A DNA stretch of 64,000 nucleotides from assembly GCF_001194135.2 (NCBI RefSeq), contig NC_068989.1, positions 75,978,452-76,042,451 on the forward strand. Reading direction: 5' to 3'. This document shows positions 38,824 to 52,423 of the stretch, piece by piece. A program made the translations under genes and the position numbers. The stretch is from Octopus bimaculoides (Eukaryota). How positions within the stretch are numbered: the first letter of the stretch is position 1; every line of letters starts with the position of its first letter. The notes below the pieces were generated by a model. The model was given only the letters and a program-made list of their open reading frames with translations, made no database searches and had not been told where the DNA came from.

Positions 38824-39104
38824 GCATATATTATTATATGTTAGAACGCCACGCATCCATTTCCAAGTAAATTTATCTTAATAATTTTGATGCGACTCTA
38901 CCCTGTACTGTTCTCTCTCATCCCCTTTCATTTTCTATTCCTTCCTTTCTCTAATTCTTTTTTCTCCCCTTCACCGTTTTCTATCTGTGTTTCTCTCTCT
39001 CACCCTATTCCTCTTTCACTCTTTCTCGTTACTCACGCGTGACAATCGTTAATTTTTCTTTTTCTCACGTGATCATCTTTCTTTTCCTTTAGTCTGTCGT
39101 ACAG
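38230..39104. mobile_element. Two copies of the unclassified repeat in inverted orientation around a (CA)n(TA)n spacer
   Basis: Arms 38465-38721 and 38826-39104 are reverse complements; the inner about 70 bp match at over 90% by eye. Confidence 0.75.
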
Positions 39105-39698
39105 TGTTCGATCGACCTGCTAAAGATCTCAATTAGATCTCCCGCAAATCACACGCTGATATCTTAAATAATATTTTTCTCCTTGAATTTGCCGCAAGCA
39201 AGATGTGTTCAAACTGCAAACTATTCCGGGGTATGAGGATGAAAAATCTAGATATTAAGGAGAGGGGAGTTATCTTTTAATCGACATTACTCCGAGGTCT
39301 CTTTTGACCAGGAAGAATAGCAACTGTGAAGAACCAAAAAAGAAACGTCCAGTACAAAACCACATTGCGCCAACTTAGAATCCTAGAATTTGGCAATTAT
39401 CAATAACCAGGAATGGTCAAAAGTTGTCGGAAAGTAAGGTCGGACAAAATGCCGCTAAGCATTTTCTCGGCGTAATAATGATTCTGCCTTATTCAGATAC
39501 AATGTTTGTGTCAAATTTTGGCGTAAGGTCAGAAATTCCTTCAGCGGAATTTGAACTCAAAACGTAATGGCGGACGAAAAACCGCTAAGCATTTTGCCCG
39601 GCATGTTTATGCTTTTGCCAGGTATGTTTATGTTTTTGCCAGCTCAACGCCTTAATTCAAATGTAATATTAAAAATTATTTAATTCATTTCTTTGTAG

Positions 39699-39760
39699 AT
39701 ATTCACATACAGAAGAAGTGGATGTAGCTTTATTAATCTCTCGTTCCATCAAGAAAATAG
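39699..39760 (+). CDS. Gene B exon 3 (YSHTEEVDVALLISRSIKKI)
   Basis: tttctttgtag/gtaata, 62 nt, phase 2->1; same length and phase as 1462-1523. Confidence 0.78.
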
Positions 39761-40009
39761 GTAATATGAAAAGAAATATATTTTCTAAATATTTTGTTGT
39801 TTTTTTATTTGCGGAAGATATCTCATTTTTTAGTTTAGTTATGAAATGAAGGTCGCGTCCATGATTACGCTTTTTTTACTGGATGGATTCAGGGTAGAAG
39901 AAAGCTCGAATCGTAGGTTATTTTCAGTATTAGAGACCTGCATTAAAGGCTTCCAACAAGTGAGACATTAAACTCGGTGTTAGATTAAAATTTATCTCAT
40001 GTCACTCCG

Positions 40010-40500
40010 TCGGTTACAACTACAAGAGTTCCAGTTGATCTGATCAACGGAACAGTCTCCACATGAAATTAACGAGTAAGTGGCTGAGTACTCCACAGAC
40101 AAGGTGTACCCTTAACGTAGTTCCCAGGGATATTCAGCGTGACACAGAATGTAACAAGATTGGTCCTTTGAAGGCGGCGAGTTGGCAGAAACGTTAGCAC
40201 GCCGGGCGAAATGCTTAGCGGTATTTCTCCTGCCGCTATGTTCTGAGTTCAAATTCCGCCGAGGTCGACTTTGCCTTTCATCCTTTCGGGGTCGATGAAA
40301 TATGTATCGCTTACGCACTGGGGTCGATATAATCGACTTAATCCATTTGTCTGTCCTTGTTTGTACCCTTTGTGTGTAGCCATTTGTGGGTAGTAAAGAA
40401 ATAAGAAATAAGAAATAAGAAATAAGATTGGTCCTTTGAAATATAGGTACGATTCACTTTTGCCAGCTGAGTCGATTGAAGCAACGTGAAATAAAGTGTC
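40010..40500. mobile_element. Family A SINE (+40173-40423) nested in a minus-strand family B SINE
   Basis: Perfect 17-bp TSD aagattggtcctttgaa at 40156-40172 and 40424-40440; (AAGAAAT)n tail. Confidence 0.9.
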
Positions 40501-40980
40501 TATATNNNNNNNNNNNNNNNNNNNNNNNNNNNNNNNNNNNNNNNNNNNNNNNNNNNNNNNNNNNNNNNNNNNNNNNNNNNNNNNNNNNNNNNNNNNNNNN
40601 NNNNNNNNNNNNNNNNNNNNNNNNNNNNNNNNNNNNNNNNNNNNNNNNNNNNNNNNNNNNNNNNNNNNNNNNNNNNNNNNNNNNNNNNNNNNNNNNNNNN
40701 NNNNNNNNNNNNNNNNNNNNNNNNNNNNNNNNNNNNNNNNNNNNNNNNNNNNNNNNNNNNNNNNNNNNNNNNNNNNNNNNNNNNNNNNNNNNNNNNNNNN
40801 NNNNNNNNNNNNNNNNNNNNNNNNNNNNNNNNNNNNNNNNNNNNNNNNNNNNNNNNNNNNNNNNNNNNNNNNNNNNNNNNNNNNNNNNNNNNNNNNNNNN
40901 NNNNNNNNNNNNNNNNNNNNNNNNNNNNNNNNNNNNNNNNNNNNNNNNNNNNNNNNNNNNNNNNNNNNNNNNNNNNNNNN

Positions 40981-41028
<48 letters not shown>

Positions 41029-41039
41029 AGTATGTAAGT

Positions 41040-41310
41040 ATGTATATATATGTTTGTGTGTGACGTGACCGACCAGAGTATCAGATGTTGTTACACATCG
41101 CTGGTCACAATGCGCTTTGCATCGTTTTGGCCTTCGAAGGACGCCACCCCGCTGACTACACGAACAGGCCAGTGTTCCCACCCCTGATTGAAAGGAGGAC
41201 TGGAACAACGTGAAATGAAGTGCTTTGCTCAAGAACACAACGCATCATCCGGTCTGGGAATCGAACCCCGATTTAGCGATCACGAGTGTAACAGCCTAAC
41301 CAGTTAGCCT
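41040..41310 (-). mobile_element. tRNA-derived SINE with a distinct tail
   Basis: aacgtgaaatgaagtgctttgctcaagaacacaacgc...gggaatcgaacccc is the reverse complement of the core/B-box seen in the other families. Confidence 0.65.
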
Positions 41311-42102
41311 AACCAGTATACGGCGAGACAGAGGGAGAGGGAGATAGAGAGGCATACAAGCACACACATACATGTGTATGTATTTAGGTATGTTTGTATA
41401 ATATGCATGTATGCATGAATGATTTTAAATTATGTATTTCGATTAAATAAACTAATTTCGAACGCTAAGCTCAAAATGTTGAATTCTGGTGTTTGTTCTT
41501 CATGAAAATACCTTGCCAAACAGGAATTTGGAAATCCCATTGCTTTATCATAAAAAAATTCGAATGGCAAAATGGAAACAAGTTTCGTAGTTGACTTTCT
41601 ACAAAGGTAGGCGGCTTAAAAAAAAATAAAGTAGATGTATATACGTAAAATAATAATGAAAAATAAGAAATTGCAATAGTTGTACATTGTTTGAAATTGT
41701 AATAAACTTCATGCTCAGCCTAGCATAAGCTATCATACAAAAATTTGCTATGAATTTTTATTTCATTCGACTTATACAATTTTTTTTTCATATTTTTATA
41801 CTAGTGGTTTCTGATTAAGCCACAGTATCAGCAATTTTGAGAGATGAGGTAGGTTAATCGATGCCAGTGATCTCAAAACTTAAATGACACTTTACTTTAT
41901 CGATTCCGAAAGGATGTTGGGCAGTGTTGATTTCAGCAAGATTTGAACTCCAAATATTAAGCGTCCGAACAAATCTCTCAAAACATTAGGGTGGAGCGTT
42001 TTTCACGATCTTCGATTTCGTGATGAGGGTAGTGCTGAATGGGCATCAAAATAACTGATGTAAAATCTTAGAACTCTGCTAGAGTATTTTCTGTCTCCAA
42101 AA

Positions 42103-42320
42103 GTCGGTGAGCTGGCAGAAACGTTAGCACGCCGGGCGAAATGCTTAGCGGTATCTCGTCTGTTTTTTTCGTTCTGAGTTCAAATTCCGCCGAGGTCGAC
42201 TTTGCCTTTCATCCTTTCGGGGTCGATAAATTAAGTGCCAGTTGCATACTGGGGTCAATGTAATCGAGTAGCCCCCTCCTCAAAACTTTCGGGCCTTGTG
42301 CCTAGAGTAGAAAAGAATAT
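42103..42320 (+). mobile_element. SINE family A, well preserved
   Basis: Near-consensus body and cctagagtagaaaag tail; tgtctcca on both flanks. Confidence 0.9.
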
Positions 42321-43434
42321 CCCCTGTCTCCACAAATGGGATCTTTTCCTTTCGGCCGGCACATAGAAAAAATAATTTTTTGTAACTAAACACTTTCAAA
42401 TTTCGTATACTGGTAGAATGTGTCATTTAAAACATCATTTACTATTGGCGTTTTTAAGAAAATCCTTTATTTTCGAAGTTATTTCGTGTTAAAGTTGTCG
42501 TATTTCGGTAATTTCAACAAATGCATTAAAAATGGAAAGGTGAGGAAAAAGAAAAAAAATAACAACGCCTCTGTTTATCTATTAGTTATAAAATGCAGTT
42601 TTCATTGCATCTTCTTCGGGTAACTTTTAAATTACTCTAAAATATGACTGCAACATGTTTTTTTTTCCTGTTACTTCATCTTCTGCCTCCACTAAGAGGG
42701 ATGGGGGTGTACTGTAATTTACATCTACATGAAGAATTTTCTGAATTTGATAAAGTACAATATTTACGATATTCTTGCATATTTTGAGACATATCCTTCT
42801 TTTCTTTTTTGTTAGACTTAAGAAAAAAATACGTACCTCAGTAAATTTTCATGGCAACGTAAACAAACCAATACGTGTTGTCAAGCGGTTAAAATGGGCA
42901 AACACAGACACAAAGACAACACACATACGCACATACATATACTTTGGGCTTCCATACAGTTTCCGTCAATCAAATTCACCCACAGGACATTGTTTGATCT
43001 GGAACTATAGAATAACTCACTTCTCCAAACTGCCGCACAGTGAAACTGAACCCAAAACCAAGTGGTTGCAAAGCAAGTTTCTTTGACACACAAATATGTC
43101 TGTGTCTAACGAAAAGGATTCTTAGCTCGTTAAGAAGATTAAGATGATTACTACGAGCTAAAGGTGACATAGATATTCGAAAATATAGAACATTATGCAA
43201 ACAATAATTCAGAATGATTTATGCGTAAGAAGAATGAAAGTACACACGAAACTATAACGTCACTGAGTCATAAAAATACATAAAAAACGAATAGCCGTCC
43301 ATAGAAATAAGTTTGTATTTACAAAGGTGTGTCAGAGTTTGTATTCAGAAAAATGAAACCACTCATATTCATCAGAATGTATAAAAATTATATTTACAGA
43401 AATGTCCATGAGAAATTTAATAGGAAGTAGACAA

Positions 43435-43830
43435 TAGTCTTTTCTACTCTTGGCACAAAGCCTGAACTTGTGTTGGAGGGGCGCAGTCGATTAGATCAAC
43501 TCCAGTACGCAACTGATTTTTAATTTATCCACCCCGAAAGGCTGAAAGGCAAAGTCGACCTCGGCAGAATCTGAACTCAGAACGTAAAGACAGACGAAAC
43601 ACCGCTAAGCATTTCGCTTGGCATGCTAATGTTTCTTATTTCTTTATTGCCCACAAGGGACTAAACATAGAGGGGACAAACAAGGACAGACAAAAAGATT
43701 AAGTCGATTATATCGACCCCAGTGCGTAACTGGTACTTAATTTATCGACCTCGGCGGAATTTAAACTCAAAACGTAACGGCAGACAAAATACTGCTAAGA
43801 ATTTCGCCTGGCGTGCTAACATTTCTGCCA
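43435..43830 (-). mobile_element. Two adjacent or nested family A SINEs
   Basis: Two copies of cctcggc(a/g)gaat..aactca..acgtaa...cgctaagcatttcgc with two different tails. Confidence 0.8.
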
Positions 43831-46800
43831 GCTCACCGCCTTATGAGAACGAGGCATTTTTTCTGTTATTTTCGAAGTATTGCTGTTGTTGCTGTCTGAT
43901 GGATTTTTCCCTGTCCTATTTCCTCCACCACTTAGCACAAAGAGCTATCAAATTAGTCTTAAGCAATAAGATTTTCTATTCTATTTTGCCTTCCTTTCTA
44001 CTCCCGAAGGAGGTAAAATTCCAAGATAGCTTTGTAGTCTTTGGAGCTCAAAATGAACCTGTATGTACATACGCCTCGCACGACTACACGTTGTTTGCTA
44101 ACTCGGCGCTAACAACTGTTTATATGGTGCCTTGAGGATGATGTCAAGTCAAGGACTAAGCTTCATTGCGAGTTATTTAGCCGTGTCTTTTCTATTGCGT
44201 CTTCCATTTACTGTCCAGTTTATGGATAGCAGTGTCACCCTTCAGTTCCATCCTATTTGCCTGTCTTAAATATTTGTATGCTTTTACTTTCGTAGAACTT
44301 AGTTTGTTCGATGGCACGTAATCCTTTCACAACTCTGTTTTGTTTAATCTCGCTTTTCTTCTTGCCCAGCTTTCGATAATACCTCAGACGAGAAGGTAAT
44401 GTCTTTTGTAACATACCTCTTCCACATTTTCTTTTTACTTGACTTACTCCTGAATAGCGTTCTCTCTGACTCACACCGCTGGCAAAGCTGCTTTTTGTTG
44501 TAATTGGTTTTGTTATAAATATTATGAGAAACACCGCTTTTTGAATTCGCATTTGGTAAAATATGAATGCATGTTTACAATAGTGTCTGCATATTCAAAT
44601 GCCATGATATTTTCCTTTCCTATTAACATTTTAGTCTGTGCTTTGGTTTACAAAATTATCTTCGGTTTCATATTCGTTGCTATCAGGTTTGTAACGAGCA
44701 CTTCTTTCGGCTTTCCAAGAAGAATTCATAATGCAATTCGCTTGTAATCAATAGTTTGCGAAAATATTAAAATATCTAAATAACCTAAACAAACTATATT
44801 TCCAATCTACAGTCATGAGCTGGATTCTCAAATACCCCGAAGCCGAGACAAATTTTAAAAGAGCATTTTCCTGTAAAGTGCAGTTTAATAAAACCAATTC
44901 GATGACACAGTCAACTCTGTTGTAAAGATGCAAATCAAATCTCCGATTTGAGAATACATTCCTCCCTTCCTCTCTCTCTCTCGCTCTTCTTCTCACCGGT
45001 CCTAGAGGTTTTTTAAACTCTCAAATACCCTAATCTTTTTGAGACTACGCAATATAAGTGCAAACAAAATACTCAATATTGAATATTAACTCAGTTACGT
45101 GTTTTTGACAAGGTGAATTGCTCACGTTCAAAGCTTTACACAACACAACGCGTCACTATTATTAATACGCTTACAAGTTCTACTGGGAGTTTTCTTTTTG
45201 TAATCACGATTGTACTTAACTTTCATGTGTCAAAACAGAAAACAGCTTTTTGTTATTCATCATGAAGAGTGGTCTTGGCATTTGAAATAGAAGAGATTCT
45301 TGTACTGGTTTTTAGAGATTAGCTCTTTTATATTATTTTATAATCCACAGGGAAACTAAATATGTATTTTCTCTCTCTGGTAGAATTTCTGACCAGCTGT
45401 TTTGTTGCAGACTCAGTTCAAATTTCGTGAAGCCTAATTTGTGATGCTATTCTATTCCTAGTTGGGACTATTTACGTCACCTAACCCAAATAACTGGAAG
45501 AAATCTTCAGTTGGGACCAGTTCACCGCAGCTGTAGTCGATAAGTGATCACAGAAGGAACCCTTCTGTGAGTGAAGGTTTGTTCAATCCACGCTGCCCCA
45601 CTTAGGTGAAGCGTACAGGCTAATGGGAAAAACACTAGTGACTCTGAGATACCTAAAAAAGATGCAGGAGAGTTTCCAATATTGGGATATTACAATTAGA
45701 AGTGATTGCAATATCCTTAAGTATATCGTACCGTTTCTACGTGAGGCAAATTATCTCTGCTATTTCTTATAACAGTATGTGATATCCAGCTATGTGTATC
45801 GAGAGGTATAGGCTGGGATGACTTGTTCTCAGGAGTGTACCCTAATTTAATTGAAACTAAGATTTTGAAATGACATGACTCTCCATTAAAGGTATACGAC
45901 ATTTTATTTTCAAATTAAATCATGTTTGAGTCGAGTAAATAATTATCGAAAAAGTTTTATGCACATAGTCATTTTATTTATATTCTTTTCAAATGGTTAT
46001 GACGTACTATGATTGAAGTCTTAAACACTTTTTCTCATTTGTAAGATTCTGCTACGATATCAAACAGATTGATGGGTGAAAATGGGCGTTTTTAAGTAGT
46101 TAATAATATCTTTATATTTTCTTTCCCTATTTATAAAATGTAGCAATGAGTCTAATTAAGTGTGGTGAGTGTGTATGGGTATCATGAGTAAGAAACACTA
46201 CGGAATTTAATGAGTCATATTGTTGTTCAATTGATTGAAATTCAGTTTATGAATGTTGTATAATACTGCTGACTATTAATAAATTACTGACTTTCTAATC
46301 AACCGTTTAACATTATCGACTCGTCTATAACTGTCAGCATTTTGCATATAACCGTTAGAATGACAGGTGAAAAGAAATATCCAGGATTATTCGCTGCATG
46401 AACACTTAATAGTGAAGACATTGCTGACAGTAAAACAATATAGTTTAATTAAAATAAAAATCCACCCTTCATAATGAAAAGAAATCCTAAATCCTTGCTT
46501 CTGGTAATAAAAAGAAAGTCGAAGCAAATCCAGATTTCACACCATGACCTCGTGTTTAGGGTGTAAGGCTCGCGATCATTAATTTCAATTCCTGGACCAG
46601 GCGGTGCGTTGAGCAAAGCACATAATTTCATGTTGCATATATGTGTTTGTGTTTCTTTCACGCTGCTTGACTACAGTCTTGAGTTTGTTTTCTATAACTT
46701 AGTGGTTCGGCAAAAATCCTGAGTAAGTGGTTACACTTTTATGAATTTTATTATAAATTTGACTTTGCTTTCAGTATTGAATCCTCCCGTCAGTAAATGT

Positions 46801-46887
46801 TCTGCTTTGAGTCCTAAAATTGGTTTAAAATAAAACCTAATTTATCCTGTATGCTTGATTTATTTTCTCTTTCGATACTTTTTACAG

Positions 46888-46972
46888 ACTCTGGTGATGA
46901 CCCTGACTCTGAGGAATCTATTAGGTATTCAATATGCAAACAGAAATATCCAAGGAAAGAGGACTGTTATTT
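46888..46972 (+). CDS. Gene B exon 4 (DSGDDPDSEESIRYSICKQKYPRKEDCY)
   Basis: tttttacag/gtaagt, 85 nt, phase 1->2; bridges exons 3 and 5 in frame. Confidence 0.75.
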
Positions 46973-49554
46973 GTAAGTTAATTATTTTCGACTGAATTTT
47001 TTTCTCCCCAATGAAAAAGTTTGCAAACCTCATATAAGAGTTATCTTCATTGATTAGTTCAAACAACGAACAATTACCAAAAGTAAATATAGCTTACTCT
47101 AGAAAACTGGGGAATGACTTGCAAATAAACATCTTCTGATATAGACCTAAATCCACATTATATTAGAAGGAATTGTGTTGCTATAGCACTGTTGTATCGC
47201 GGAGACTTCTTTGTCATGTGGGATACCTCCAGGCGTTTATGATCACGGATCTCTTTGCCAAAGTCTGAAGAACCATGATCTATCTTGAAAAAATATAGCA
47301 GCAGTTTCTTGTTGCTTCTTACGTGCTTACTTTTGAACTGCAGGGCCTATTTAACATTTAGGAAGGGCAACAATTTTACGTGACATCGTGGTGTGTCCTG
47401 GAAAAGATGGACCTGTGTGTCATGTCGAGAGGCCCGGCGTTCTCCGAGTCCTGTATGGCTTAGCCTCAGGACTATTTTCTGTTAGCTGCAACATAATTGG
47501 GGCCCTTGACAGGTATTGTCATAACGGGCCAGAACGAACATTGGAGTAGTAGCGATTAAGAGGTAACTGCATACGGCACAAAAGTCCTGAACAGGATTTT
47601 AAGCCTAACCAAGAGACGCAATTTAATGTCGAATAGCCGAATACAATATCGTAACAATTGTGAAATACTCATTTCGAGTATTTAACGACAATATAAGGCT
47701 TCGAAAGGCAGTTGCTCCCGCGAACCAAAATAAAATTTGGAATTTGCGAAGGGTAACAGAAACAGGACAGTGGAGACATACAACAGACCAAACGAAAACA
47801 AACACGGCGGGTCGTTAGTCCAGACGAGGTAAGGTAGCGAACGCTGGAGGAATATTGTCTTTGACAAAACAAAAGATAGACGAGGAGACAGATAAAATGC
47901 GTCTGGTCTGTACGACAGACTGAAGGAAAAGAAAGATGATCACGCGAGGAAAAGAAAGATGGACGATGGTCACGTGTGCGCAACGAGAGTGAGACCATCG
48001 ATTGGTGGAAAGAATCAAAGAATTGAAAGTAAATGCTTAGTCAATATCTTTATGTACTGTTTTCTGTTCGTAAAATTTATGACATTGAAATCTTCGCCTT
48101 TCGTCCCTCCGAGGTTTTGAAATTAATAGTACCAGTAACACTATAGAATCGATTCAGTCAAATGTATTGTAATAAAGACAACTAACATTTTACTTATTAC
48201 TATATGTCAATGTCTTAACTACTAGGGATTCGGGTATGCTTTTCGTTAAAAACTAAAGACATACGAATAGAAAGAAATCCAATCAGATACTTTTGTAATT
48301 TTGCAATGATGGGAATGTTGAATCATATTCCTATATATATATATATATACTTTTATGCTATTGATCGAGGCAACCAGAGACTTTCAAGATGTACTGACGA
48401 GCGTCTAGAAATTGCAGGCAGATATTTTTTAATCACTTCTTATAAAGGAAGGACACTGACTAATGTAGTTTTGATATTTTGGTTTCTTTCTTCCTATCTT
48501 TTAATTAGTATGGAATGCACTGGACATGGCTCGCTATAGGGCTTCTGAGTCCATATGAAGCAAGGAAGATATTAAACCAGATGTCTAGCCCTACTACTTG
48601 CCACAAAATAGATTCCACTAAAGGCATCGAAGGTGCCTTTTAAACCTTTTAAACCAGGACTGGTTTGAGGCTATCGCCAACGTAGGTCACGGAGGAATTT
48701 GAATTTAGAAAGTATAGACCGGGAAAAATACCGTACAACATCTGGTCTAACGTTCTTACTGTTCTGTCAATTCACAACTCAGAATTCATGCCTTCCTAAT
48801 TGACTCTAAAGTGATATAGTGCAAATTTGACTTCTTGGGATTTACACTCAGAGACTGAAGGATGGGGACAAATACCATGAGGTATTTTATGCAATGCAAT
48901 AGCGACTCTACTAGCTTGCTGCAACATACGCACACACACGTACAAAGAGTCATGCACACACGCGCATACAGACAGGACACAAGCGCACACGCACAAACCA
49001 GAGGATGGTTATAACTGAAATGTTTTTGATCCTAAGTAGGTTCAGCAAGGACTAATTTGGGGAACAACAACGTTAACAACGACTGTTGCATTTAAGTGGA
49101 AAATATGCAAGGCCACATTACAAAACGACACTTGCCCTACAATTCCGTAAGTTATTGAGTCACGAAGTAACTTTTTAGTGCAGACCGGACAATAATAATC
49201 ATAGGCGTTGCAGTTTCAGTAAGGATGAATTCAAGTGGAAAAAAAGAGTTAACTTTAGCATTGTTGGCAATATTTTAGCTGTTAGTCAGTTAAAGGCAAA
49301 GTAAGAGATTGAAAAGAATATTAAATAAACAAATACACTATTAGGACAAAAAGTACTAACTGGATTTAAATTCTCAAGAACAAAATCGGACTGGTATTGT
49401 ATTCGGCTGGCATCACAAGCTAATTGCATATGTGCGTAAATTAGTTACCTATATTCATTGTATAGAAAAACTACGAACAGCTAACATACATACATACATA
49501 CATACGTACATACATACATACATACATACGTACATACATACATACATACATACA

Positions 49555-49760
49555 TACAGGTTTATACCTGTAATTATTGGGGCCTTGGGATATGTAACAC
49601 ACAAATACCAATCTTGAGAAATTAGGTCTCTCAAAACCAAAAAGGAGAAAGCTAATTTGAAGACTACAGATCCAATCCATCACTGAAACTGTAAAAAATT
49701 TGTAAAACGTCTTCAGAAGTTTATCATTTAAATATATATGGGCTAGTCTGAATATGTAAG
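49555..49760 (+). mobile_element. 3' tail of the same RLE LINE family as 19410-20430
   Basis: RFIPVIIGALGYVTH...KRRKLI*RLQIQSIT...cagaagtttatcatt matches the 19950/20215 ends. Confidence 0.75.
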
Positions 49761-50135
49761 TATATGCTTGAGAATACATACATAAGACNNNNNNNNNNNN
49801 NNNNNNNNNNNNNNNNNNNNNNNNNNNNNNNNNNNNNNNNNNNNNNNNNNNNNNNNNNNNNNNNNNNNNNNNNNNNNNNNNNNNNNNNNNNNNNNNNNNN
49901 NNNNNNNNNNNNNNNNNNNNNNNNNNNNNNNNNNNNNNNNNNNNNNNNNNNNNNNNNNNNNNNNNNNNNNNNNNNNNNNNNNNNNNNNNNNNNNNNNNNN
50001 NNNNNNNNNNNNNNNNNNNNNNNNNNNNNNNNNNNNNNNNNNNNNNNNNNNNNNNNNNNNNNNNNNNNNNNNNNNNNNNNNNNNNNNNNNNNNNNNNNNN
50101 NNNNNNNNNNNNNNNNNNNNNNNNNNNNNNNNNNN

Positions 50136-50600
50136 GATGTGTGTCTGTCTGTGTGTTTGTCATGTCGTTAAAACTCGGGAACCACCCAACCGATTTTAAT
50201 GAAATTTTATACATGCATTAAATAGGGTCCATGGAGTGTCATGGGCTAAAAAATGTTCAACTTCTTGCCTAATGCGGGTCCAGGGGCAGATAAACCGTAT
50301 TTTAAGACATTTTCGCAGCGTTAACGCCCGTAACTTGAAGAGTATCCAGTCGCTAACCTCCAAATTTGTAACAAACATTAATCAGGTTCCTCGAATTGCT
50401 GTTGCCTAAAAAAAATCTCCGACGCCGTCTTTGAGCCCCTCAAAAATGCAGATTAATCAGATTTGAGTAAACTGCACTAGGTTTTATCTTTGTTTTAGGC
50501 CATTTTCCGACGATAAAATATTGACACTCCTTATGCATTATAAGTAGCGTATAATATTTCATGAAACCTTTTTGTCCAAGTTGTCGGCGCCCAGTTGATG
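50136..50600 (+). mobile_element. Possible non-autonomous Helitron/DINE-like element
   Basis: gtgtgtctgtctgt followed by aaccgattttaatgaaatttt, a motif I associate with such elements; termini not resolved. Confidence 0.35.
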
Positions 50601-51866
50601 CTTTATGTTACCATCCCGCACACCACCGGGCCATGTGTGTGCGGCTGGGTAAAGGCACAAACCCATTCATCCATTCTCCAGAGTTGCCCTGTTGATGCAC
50701 CACGTTCCCAATCCTGCGCAACACAGCATGGCCCGGCAGCATGTCTGCTTTCTATGTCATCCATGTCTGAACTATATAATGCACAAACTATGAGAAGCAT
50801 AAACGTTAAATATATGTGGTTGAGATATATATTTATGTAAATTAATGATTTAAGTACAGGCGTTACATGCATTAGCTTGTAGCTGAATCTACTATAAATA
50901 AGCGCGCGTCCAGAGCTGAGTGCCAATGTCATATCTTATACCTCCTCGAAGCCATTTAACTGAATTACGCTTTTAAGTGAGGAAAGGAATGAAATGTGTA
51001 TAACTTGATGAAGCGTATATGATACTGTGAGACACCTTTGGGCTTAAAATCTACCCCGCCACACACATATAAATACTTGAGGAAAAGTTCATAATTATAT
51101 GTGTATGTATTATAGCGAAAAGCGTAGGCAACATCTACAAAAAGGTGTCAGAACTAAAATTAAACTGAAAGGAAGAAAGGCAAAGTCAACCCGGGAGGAG
51201 TTGATATTGGAATGTAAAATGAATGAAATGAGATGAAATGTTAACGATTTCAGTTGGAAAATATGGAACGTTACTGGGAGATGGACATCCAAGAGAACAT
51301 TTTTATCTCTTGTAGGTAACATCATGTAATATGGTAACTGACAATTCTTTGATATGCAATAAACTACAAAATTCAACAAATAAAGTTAAGCAGGAAGACA
51401 GACCGGCAGATAGACAGACAGGCAGACAGACCCACTAACAGACAGAGGAACACAGCAATATATAAATATACGTAGAGAGATTAATGTTTGGCTTTATGTT
51501 CAGTTATAATAAAAACAATTTTACATTTATTAATCTGAAGGGTTACTCTATACTCTTGTAGTGTACAAATTTAGTATTCTTAAACAATAATATCAATGAC
51601 AAAGACTTCGAAGTTTCGTCCAGCTTATTTTTTTCTCGAATCTGATGTTCTTGCCTTGATATATAATTTTAGCATTTTATTTTTGTGTTCTGACACATAA
51701 AAAGACGATCGATAGCTCCTTACCACCATATAAATAAAGCAATGCGTATCAGGAAGAAATTTCTATTATAATATTTAGATACTTCGTTTATAATGTAAAT
51801 ATATTGATTTGCCTCTGTTAGGAATGTACAATAATTTAACTATAACGTTTTTATCTTCAATTACAG

Positions 51867-51990
51867 ACCTAACTTTACCGACATCAAAGCTGAACAGTTG
51901 GCCTTTGAACTGACCTATGTAACAAAAACGCTAATTCTGAGGATTAGGGCAGAGGATCTTATACATTTTCAGAAGAGGCACTTACGTTTG
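51867..51990 (+). CDS. Gene B exon 5, start of RasGEF domain (PNFTDIKAEQLAFELTYVTKTLILRIRAEDL)
   Basis: caattacag/gtaaat, 124 nt, phase 2->0; AEQLAFELTY aligns with gene A AEHLACELTY. Confidence 0.88.
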
Positions 51991-52294
51991 GTAAATTTAA
52001 ATATTTTAAAAAATTAGTTTTTGTCCTAAAATTCTTGTAACTTTTAAGCATTTCCAAGTAAAATATAAAATGTATAGCCTTCTTTATGTATAACTTTAAA
52101 CTAAAAAGTTATATTTTATACCACAATCCTAACCTTCGTTCTTATGTCTTTTCTCCGATTACGAATTTGGAACAATTTAGGTCAAACTCTGACCAAACTA
52201 ACATCACCCAATTATTCTATACTATATATAGAATAAAAATATAAATGTAACACTGTTAGATAATATTCATGTTCTGTTCCGTTTATATTTATAG

Positions 52295-52423
52295 AAATAT
52301 TCCAATAACAGCGTCGCAGTATTAATGACATTCTGTGATCAAGTCATTAGTATGGTTATTACTGAAATCATTAACCAAACGAATGTACAGAATCGCTTGC
52401 GTACCATGAAATATTTTCTGCAG
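52295..52423 (+). CDS. Gene B exon 6 (KYSNNSVAVLMTFCDQVISMVITEIINQTNVQNRLRTMKYFLQ)
   Basis: atttatag/gtatac, 129 nt, phase 0->0; RasGEF 'V.tEIl....R...kf' pattern. Confidence 0.9.

Noticed and set aside
20970-41238. Long ORFs made of X residues
   Set aside because: They only span assembly N gaps.
45548-45572. Short perfect hairpin tcacagaagg-aac-ccttctgtga
   Set aside because: A 10-bp stem is within chance expectation for 64 kb; no supporting context.
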